From Deltaproteobacteria bacterium (lineage in GTDB: Bacteria; Desulfobacterota; BSN033; UBA1163): a DNA stretch of 64,000 nucleotides. How positions within the stretch are numbered: the stretch's first letter is position 1; each line of letters starts with the position of its first letter. Where the stretch lies: positions 27,541 to 91,540 of the forward strand of contig VGRY01000006.1 of NCBI GenBank assembly GCA_016875195.1, in the 5' to 3' direction. The notes below the pieces were generated by a model. The model had not been told where the DNA came from and searched no databases. It worked only from the letters and a program-made list of their open reading frames with translations. Positions 58,401 to 64,000 of the stretch are shown piece after piece. A program made the position numbers and the translations under genes.

Positions 58401-61400
58401 TGGCAGCTGGTGGAATCCGTTCTGCAGCCGATTCTCAGAAAACGATCCAGCGCGGTGCAAATGGGATCAAGATCGATTGGCCGGTCCTTCTGGCTGCCAA
58501 TCCTCAAGCACGACAGAAATTTTCACAGGGAGAGCGCCTCCATCTTCTCCATGATTCCTCCTCCCTAACCAAACGGATCACCCACCTTATTCGGGTCTGG
58601 AATGTCCAGATCATTGAAGTCTTGGGCGCTTCAGGGTTTAAGGATATTAAAAAGACGGTTGGAGAGGAAAACCGTCTCCTCATCTTCGATGACCTCGAAG
58701 AAAGGGTCTATGACATTTTCAAAAACAAAGATTGCATTGAAAGAAACCGTGTGACTAATCTGGCACGTCTCCAGAGGGAAGGCAAAGGTGATGGCTGGAA
58801 ATACAGTCAATTGAAGAATTTGATCAAACCTACTCAATCCCCTCACCGGTTCTATAGCTGCAGCCTGAAGTCTTCCTGTTACCAGATTTTCGACCGCGAT
58901 TATGTCTGGCCAGCCTCTCTGATTGCTTCGGTGGGCCATATGGCAAGTGGAAATCCAGAAACGCTTCAACTTGGCCACACAGAGGAGCGCGGGAATTTAG
59001 GGGATGGTTTTGATTTCATACAGGTCCTCTTTCAACGCAACCCCGATACCCTTTCGGAAGATCTCATTGACCATGTCTCCACCAGTCTTCAGATCAATCC
59101 TGAATTGAGGCTAAAAGCCCCCTTTATTGGAGCAGGAATGTCAGTGGGTTCAATCGGACCTGGAACCTGGCGCGCCCGGGTCCTGGCCACTCGTGCCCTT
59201 GGGACACAGATGGACACGGGTGAAGGAGGATATCCCACTTTCTATATCCTCGATGAAAAGTGGAACTCTATTGATTTGACCGACGCACAGGTTCTCCTGC
59301 TTGGCCAGATCATGGAGCCCCGGAAATTGATTCCCATGGCTGAGTTGATCAGAAAGGTCCAGGAAGAATTGGCAGAATCTCCTGAAATTGAAAAAATTCT
59401 ACAGGTTCTCCAGAAATATCCGGCCTCCAGGACTGTTCAGTTTGTCCCAATCGTCTTGCACGAAGACGAACCTTATGTCTCCACCCAGCTCAAGACAGGT
59501 CTCTTTGGGGTAACCAAGGAGACGATTCGGAAGGCACGTCGTGTGGTAATCGCGTACAGCCAGGGAGCAAAACAGGGTGTGGGCGGTCATCTATTAGGCC
59601 GAAAAGTGTTTGGTCTGGTCTCAAGGCTCCGCGGCGTGGCAGAAGGGGTCAGCCTCATCTCCCCCTTCCCCTTCCATAATTGCTACTCCATTGAAGATGT
59701 GAAGGCCTTCATCGATGCAGTACGCATGATCAACCCGCAGGCCTCGATCTGCATCAAGGTCTCCCCATCGCCTGATATCGAGTTTATCGTCTCCGGGCTC
59801 GCCCGGATTGCCAAGGACAACAGGATGGCCATTGAGGTCTGGCTCGATGGGCCTCGCGGAGGGACAGGTGCAGCCCCAGACATCATCAAGGGTCAGATGG
59901 GAATGCACATCGAATATGCCATCCCCATCTGTCATGAGAAATTGATTAGTGATGGACTGAGAGATAACGTCGTTTTCCTGGGAAGCGGTGGATTTCGCAC
60001 CTGGGGAGATATGGTGAAAGGCATAGCCATGGGGTTGGATGGCATTGTCCTCGGTACCTCTGATCTGGTTGCTATTGGCTGTGTTCGTGACCGCAATTGC
60101 GAGTCAGGATGTCGAAGTGGAATCTCAACGATTGAACCCAAAATGCAATTGCTAAGAGATGTCGGGATCAACACCCAGCAGTTGATCAATTTCCGTGCCA
60201 TCTTACAGGCTCAGGTTGCAAGGGCTGTCGCGGGCCTTGGATTGGAAGACATCCGTGAACTTCGGGGCCGATATGATCTGATTCAATGGCCTGTGCTCGA
60301 AGAAAGGGTCCAGGAGCGTCGTCGCCGTCGTTCTGAGATCTCAATCAAGGAACCGTCACGAATCTATCCCTCTGATTCATTCCCTCATTATACATTGAGC
60401 GAATCAGCACCTCCTCCTTCGGATTGTGGTGTGGCAGCGATCGTCTCCAACCATTTCATCCCGAGCCATGTGATGGACCTGATGCTCGACCGGATGGCAA
60501 ACCGTGGAATGGACGGTGTGGGCATATGGAAAGGAGGATGTTACCCGGCTCATATCGACCACTATGCCTTCCATGTCCTGATTAAAGGGACTCTCCAGCC
60601 TCAGGTTGAAGAAAAATTCTCGTTAGCCCATCCGAACCTGAATTCTGAAGAGGTCCGGCAAATGGCCCGGAGAAAAATTCTCTCTAACCGACGTCTCCTC
60701 ATGCGAGAGATTCTGGAGAAATATTTCTATGGTCTTCAACTCGATTCATTCGATGGGGATCTGGAGAAATGGAGAATTCCGTATAAACGCGATGAAAACG
60801 GAAGGGAGAGAGATTTTCTATATTATGGAGAAAGAGATCCCGGAGATGTTTTCCGGTTCTTTGTCCGCGTCCTGCCGCCCGAACTCTTTCGCTTCATTGA
60901 AGATGAGTTACTCAATGATCCCATTTGGCCCCCACGACAGGTCCGTTACCAACATCTGACCGTTCAAAATTATAGGGAGAATAAGGAATTTCTGCGGGAA
61001 GCTGAGGACGAATATATCTATCGACTCTCACGTAAGATCACTCGTGAGAATTATGTAGAAGCTCACCAGAAGAAGGCATCTGTACTCTCCTGTGGTAAAA
61101 ACTCCGGCTGCTGGAAGACGGATGGTCAACATATCCCATGGGAAACTCCGGATGCTCCGGTCAATGTGATTCATAGACGGCTGGCCACGGGATCTGTGGT
61201 GGATCAGATGAACTCCCATCCTTTTGCCGAACTGCACACAGCATTGACGCATAATGGAGAGACGACGAATTATCGCACCATGTTGAATCGGGTTTCCCAA
61301 ACGAACTTAACACCGCTGGCTCAAACCGACACCGCAGTAGCTTCCCTGAAGCTCCATCTGCTCAGTCAGTATCTCCACTATCCCTTTGATGCCCTGGTAG

Positions 61401-63025
61401 AATCCTTCTCTCCCACCACAGGTTGGAGCTTGACCCAATTCTCCTCTGAGGTCAGAGAGCGTTTTGAGCGCGTGCAGGAGGTTGAGCTGGAAAGCGCTCC
61501 AGATGGCCCCTACCAATACCTCTGTGGCCGGATTGACCCTTATCAACGGGTGATTGAACGGCTCGATGTCATCGATCCTTCCCTGCTCAGGCCTAATGTG
61601 GCCATGCTTTATGATGACGGAGAAAACTTCGCGTCCATCATCTGTTCCGAGAAACAGGGCTGTGATGCAGGAATGCAGGAACTTCACCGGTTGGGATTGA
61701 CCAAAAGTACGGTTGCTCCAGTCACTTTAACCGTTAACCCCGGGATGGTAAGTAGAGTATTTTACGATGAGAACGGGAAGATTTCAGGCTATGAGGTCCT
61801 CGATAAATTTGGAAAGAAACTGGACATCCCTCATGGAGCTTTCCCCTCTTCAGAACCTATCTTCTCTATAGGAGATTCTGAAAAAATAGATTCAGGATCC
61901 AATCCTTCAGCTTTCATCCGTGAACGACTGCCTCAATGGGGGTTTGGTGAGTTTAAAAAGGAACTGGATAAAATTTCAGAAAATTTCCCTTCCCAGCAGG
62001 TCATTGAGGAACTTGCCCGGATCCACGATCATCTGCCAGGCTGGGATACCGGAAATAAGGATAGGGGAGCTTTAATTCATATCGTGCGGGACCAGATCGA
62101 TTCATGTCTCGACCGTGGGAAAGAAAAAGACGGAATGTCCCGCGTCACCATATCCAATGCTAAAACATTGAATCCGCCCAAAGATCCTGCTCAGGTGCTG
62201 GTAGTGGACGCCAAAGGATTTCAGCCCGAAGGCATTGAACCGTTCCGGGTTCTCAATCCTTTCCTCAACCATGCCCACCGAATGGGATGGCGTAAGTTTA
62301 TTGTCTATCGAGTAGAGGGGCAGCGGGGTATCGGTATGGGCATAGGTTCCGGTGATACCTCAGATACGACGATAGATGTCTTTGGAAGCCCTGGCGAGTA
62401 TTGCGGGGCCTTTAATATGGGGGCTTTGGTCCGTGTCCATGGACACGCACAGAATTTTACCGGCATGGTCATGCATTCCGGCACACTCGAAATCCACGGA
62501 GATGTGGGCAAGGTGATAGGATACTCTGCAAAAGGCGGCACGTTTAACATCTTAGGAAATGTCGTTGATCGAGGCTGGGTCTGTGCGGTCAGTGACCCGC
62601 GAGGTCCAGGATTGCAGGTCAATGTCGTAGGGACGGCCTATGAACATCTCTGTCAGGCGTTGATGGGGGGATCGGTCATCATGCTGGGACTCTTTCGGAG
62701 CAATGACGGAATTCTTCATAGGATGGATTCCCCATATCATGGAGCCAAGATCCTTGCCGGTGCATCTGCCGGGGAGATCATCTTCTACGATCCCGCGAAA
62801 AGATTGGAAGAGGCTCAATACGGAAGTGGTAGAGTAAATCCCATTGACCAGAAAAAATGGGAGGAAATTATGAACCGCCTGATGAACCTTGAAAAGATTT
62901 TTGGTCTCGGGATTCTCAGAGAGAACAACCATCTCACAGTCTGTATTGACAAGCAGCGACAGGATATGACTCCTGATGATTTTATATGGATTGCCCCAAA
63001 GGGGGAACTGGCAGGCTATCATTAA
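55430..63025 (+). CDS. Giant fusion protein: FAD-linked oxidase (GlcD-like) + GlcF-like and ferredoxin-type Fe-S + divergent TIM barrel + GltS FMN domain + class II (Ntn) glutamine amidotransferase + GXGXG domain
   Basis: GTG start with SD aaggtgagg. Residues ~60-470: FAD_binding_4/oxidase-C (ARGAGTWGYGG..VDPHGILNPGKFF). ~518-590: CAQCGNCVSRCP..CLHCGRCDEEC. ~650-700: CIHCGTCVDAC..CRGCGSCLERCP. ~1180-1640: GAGMSVGSIGPG..DTGEGGYP..SQGAKQGVGGHLLGRKV..SPFPFHNCYSIEDV..DGPRGGTGAAP..GC..C..GC. From Cys1666: CGVAAIV..HNGETTNYR. ~2255-2480: GSPGEYCGAFN..GHAQNFTGMVMHSGTLEIHGDVG. Confidence 0.85.
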   Translation: MSQKREKLAWRKYIEDFLQQSPDLKAISDPEKLEYYRNDLNVDLPPLIRGLMLKSLPDLILQPATEEHLLNIFAFASKHKIPLTARGAGTWGYGGAVPTRGGIVIDLSSMDTIEVDPGTLQVTVGPGARFADIHAELERHGLTLLTMTSGKGGTLAGWMATGGMGFGTYYHGPVKNQIISLRVITPDGNVLNLKGDDPEINHFLSTEGQMGIIVKAILKSGQKPAHWFPFVVPFEKASNAYAFVSKLDRHPFIKPHDLIVYHAGLARVLQSKSNGRLTVGDKHLVLIAFADQEQSQLFRLYLDESGIQIADEESASFLWEERFLPISIKHLGPSLLATEVILPLDQVGAYEEKISEWGKRLGLTFYSSSHLINRDQVLFLAMITSDHRKAIFYIDLMLVPMMVRLAIQFYSGKPYGLGIWNTPFLRDLFSKEEVTKLVQYKKKVDPHGILNPGKFFTVSGKLGPLQKMIFHSDIFNLELTAMNWLLFKLFSIIPEKTLRQQLPASPLGLEGVSNEVNSCAQCGNCVSRCPVYRATRDETFSARGKLLTIKRAMETKKIELSKVLPLYFCLHCGRCDEECQVNIKHRPLYSNLEAHFSSTIDFPIQEVTRFIQEVENSPEFYRFLDVIRTGFDQKVREQRQTFPRYHVAIDDEHCIHCGTCVDACIYGVRKRDEKDPRCVVIADEALCRGCGSCLERCPQVAKGIPATTVELHPDYLSMHDPYWTSEAITRIDLEATTGKIPVSGTGQGDPHRGYGNDGIRFGHFHIVGPAQNLLYESSEDAISILIGQRPKYLTFDGETLKTPPPRLIHLKTPLILDIMPMDGGEDLLEPMFEAVQQTGTRLTLRLEELERYESRIADRMKNLILRLTSEDLKSLLNGKAWPEVLKNNPPDLVEIELEGEALKKAEKISALLPNSVLCAVIKIEKGFVDAELRPTSALKKKLESLFESPFDAICLTSDYDSEKGYYPTTDAVPAVHRFLVEKKIRHRFSILAAGGIRSAADSQKTIQRGANGIKIDWPVLLAANPQARQKFSQGERLHLLHDSSSLTKRITHLIRVWNVQIIEVLGASGFKDIKKTVGEENRLLIFDDLEERVYDIFKNKDCIERNRVTNLARLQREGKGDGWKYSQLKNLIKPTQSPHRFYSCSLKSSCYQIFDRDYVWPASLIASVGHMASGNPETLQLGHTEERGNLGDGFDFIQVLFQRNPDTLSEDLIDHVSTSLQINPELRLKAPFIGAGMSVGSIGPGTWRARVLATRALGTQMDTGEGGYPTFYILDEKWNSIDLTDAQVLLLGQIMEPRKLIPMAELIRKVQEELAESPEIEKILQVLQKYPASRTVQFVPIVLHEDEPYVSTQLKTGLFGVTKETIRKARRVVIAYSQGAKQGVGGHLLGRKVFGLVSRLRGVAEGVSLISPFPFHNCYSIEDVKAFIDAVRMINPQASICIKVSPSPDIEFIVSGLARIAKDNRMAIEVWLDGPRGGTGAAPDIIKGQMGMHIEYAIPICHEKLISDGLRDNVVFLGSGGFRTWGDMVKGIAMGLDGIVLGTSDLVAIGCVRDRNCESGCRSGISTIEPKMQLLRDVGINTQQLINFRAILQAQVARAVAGLGLEDIRELRGRYDLIQWPVLEERVQERRRRRSEISIKEPSRIYPSDSFPHYTLSESAPPPSDCGVAAIVSNHFIPSHVMDLMLDRMANRGMDGVGIWKGGCYPAHIDHYAFHVLIKGTLQPQVEEKFSLAHPNLNSEEVRQMARRKILSNRRLLMREILEKYFYGLQLDSFDGDLEKWRIPYKRDENGRERDFLYYGERDPGDVFRFFVRVLPPELFRFIEDELLNDPIWPPRQVRYQHLTVQNYRENKEFLREAEDEYIYRLSRKITRENYVEAHQKKASVLSCGKNSGCWKTDGQHIPWETPDAPVNVIHRRLATGSVVDQMNSHPFAELHTALTHNGETTNYRTMLNRVSQTNLTPLAQTDTAVASLKLHLLSQYLHYPFDALVESFSPTTGWSLTQFSSEVRERFERVQEVELESAPDGPYQYLCGRIDPYQRVIERLDVIDPSLLRPNVAMLYDDGENFASIICSEKQGCDAGMQELHRLGLTKSTVAPVTLTVNPGMVSRVFYDENGKISGYEVLDKFGKKLDIPHGAFPSSEPIFSIGDSEKIDSGSNPSAFIRERLPQWGFGEFKKELDKISENFPSQQVIEELARIHDHLPGWDTGNKDRGALIHIVRDQIDSCLDRGKEKDGMSRVTISNAKTLNPPKDPAQVLVVDAKGFQPEGIEPFRVLNPFLNHAHRMGWRKFIVYRVEGQRGIGMGIGSGDTSDTTIDVFGSPGEYCGAFNMGALVRVHGHAQNFTGMVMHSGTLEIHGDVGKVIGYSAKGGTFNILGNVVDRGWVCAVSDPRGPGLQVNVVGTAYEHLCQALMGGSVIMLGLFRSNDGILHRMDSPYHGAKILAGASAGEIIFYDPAKRLEEAQYGSGRVNPIDQKKWEEIMNRLMNLEKIFGLGILRENNHLTVCIDKQRQDMTPDDFIWIAPKGELAGYH

Positions 63026-63028
63026 AAA

Positions 63029-63340
63029 CATTGCAAAGTTAGCAATTAGCAATGAGCAGTTAGCATTAAAAGACTTAAAATCACTGCTAATTTTGAAATG
63101 TTAGTTTTGCAATTTGCATTGATTTTTTAAAAGGATTGGGCGGGGGGCGAATCTGGCATCGGCGGACACATCCCCGGGGAAAAGGCGTAGGGGCAATTCA
63201 TGAATTGCCCCTACCTCATGACGAGAATGCTTCCCAAGGGCATGGATGCCCTCTCCCCTGCCCCTTTTTAGTCTGATAGTCCAATGGTCACTTAGTCATA
63301 TAGTCCTGACTATTTGACTAACGACTACCTGACTAAAAAC
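63029..63340. repeat. Cluster of imperfect and perfect palindromes (E10)
   Basis: TTAGCA/TGCTAA-word palindrome at 63029-63121. Perfect 28-nt palindrome gtaggggcaattcatgaattgcccctac at 63187-63214. gggcatggatgccc at 63238-63251. TAGTCA/TGACTA-word palindrome at 63270-63340. Confidence 0.7.
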
Positions 63341-63408
63341 CATAAATTCCTCTTGAAATCTCTTAAAAGAATTGGTAGGATGAGAGAAAAAAGAGGAGGT
63401 GAGCGGTT

Positions 63409-63696
63409 ATGGCAGTCAGGATCGTTATCGACCGAAAAGTGAAGAAGGGGAAAGAAGTGGAGTTTGCAAAAATGCTCAGAGAGTTGAGAACAAAGGTGGT
63501 TCCTGCCAAAGGGTACATCTCTGGCGAGACGCTCCGGGCATTGAATGACCACTCCAACTATATCGTCATTACCACGTGGCAGAATGTGGATGATTGGAAA
63601 GAGTGGGAGAAAAATCCGGATCGGAAAAAGGTTCAGGCAAAGATGGAAAAACTGATGGCCAGACCGACCAAGGCCAAGATTTACGTCTATGCCTGA
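63409..63696 (+). CDS. ABM-fold (antibiotic biosynthesis monooxygenase-like) protein
   Basis: MAVRIVIDRKVKKGKEVEF..YIVITTWQNVDDWKEWEKN. SD agaggagg upstream. Confidence 0.7.
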   Translation: MAVRIVIDRKVKKGKEVEFAKMLRELRTKVVPAKGYISGETLRALNDHSNYIVITTWQNVDDWKEWEKNPDRKKVQAKMEKLMARPTKAKIYVYA

Positions 63697-63798
63697 TGAG
63701 AACCCTGATGACAGCGATTATGAAATGATTACACCGATTAAAAGGAATAAAAAATCTATGTAATCATCTTTTAGAATCTCTGTAATCTTTTTTGAGCC

Positions 63799-63827
63799 TT
63801 GACAATTGAAAGCCGGAATGTTAATTG
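63799..63827 (+). promoter_or_regulatory. sigma70-type promoter TTGACA-N17-TAATTG
   Basis: TTGACA 63799-63804 and TAATTG 63822-63827. Confidence 0.4.
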
Positions 63828-63880
63828 AATAAAAAATTTTTAGAAAGTGTTATGGCCAAACGGGTAAACGCTAAATCAAA

Positions 63881-63921
63881 GACCCTCGATCCCTCTCAAC
63901 AGGGATCGGGGGTCTTTTTTT
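63881..63921 (+). terminator. Strong intrinsic terminator about 50 nt downstream of the predicted TSS
   Basis: GACCCTCGATCCC-tctcaaca-GGGATCGGGGGTC, 13 bp with one G-U pair, plus T7. Confidence 0.75.
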
Positions 63922-63949
63922 ATGCGCTGTTATCCTTTTCCAGCCCATC

Positions 63950-64000
63950 TTAACCCCTCCCTGCCTCCCCTTAATTTAAGGGGAGGTGAGGTGGGGTTAA
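63950..64000. repeat. Imperfect palindrome (E11) of AACCCC/GGGGTT words at the window end
   Basis: ttaacccctccctgcctcccctta-attt-aaggggaggtgaggtggggttaa. Confidence 0.6.

Noticed and set aside
63834-63921. Eighth ANTAR-type module
   Set aside because: The terminator is present, but I could not find the paired hexaloop hairpins (no AATAC-N6-GTATT or GAC-N6-GTC overlapping the terminator arm).

Overview
I recognised no rRNA, tRNA, CRISPR array, transposase or integrase. The window looks like a chromosomal segment from an anaerobe-type bacterium; the taxon cannot be fixed from sequence alone. Its backbone is a nitrogen-assimilation supercluster. This comprises two type-I glutamine synthetase paralogs (1-942, partial and missing from the ORF track; 53800-55122), a one-component GAF-ANTAR RNA-binding regulator, a GltS-FMN-family gene, glutamate dehydrogenase and Gln-dependent NAD synthetase. 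It also holds a GATase1-amtB-glnK-glnD operon, a GAF-histidine kinase/NtrC-type pair, and a 2531-aa fused FAD-oxidase/Fe-S/glutamate-synthase protein. Interspersed genes are a NuoE/NuoF/2Fe-2S flavin module, a divergent pair sharing a KaiC-like pseudo-ATPase domain, and a TAXI-TRAP + DapA-like cluster. There are also MacAB-type and Fbp/Pot-type ABC transporters, a sigma54 activator with an ArsM-like methyltransferase, and a DUF1566/secreted repeat-protein cluster. Main hunt results: (1) Seven copies of an ANTAR-type dual-hexaloop-hairpin/terminator module sit at the 5' ends of four nitrogen transcripts, stacked 3x, 2x, 1x and 1x. On glnA the module is combined with a sigma54 promoter. (2) One GAF sensor domain is duplicated onto an ANTAR output and a histidine-kinase output. 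(3) The giant permuted glutamate synthase is fused to a GlcD/GlcF-like dehydrogenase and has an internal Ntn cysteine. (4) Two sigma54 promoters are placed exactly 11 nt from SD-less start codons, implying leaderless mRNAs. (5) An in-frame TGA sits at the conserved Cys of the ArsM-like methyltransferase, followed by a SECIS-like hairpin. (6) About 11 long, low-complexity, imperfect palindromes occupy intergenic regions. All calls rest on reading the sequence and on family knowledge; no database search was run.
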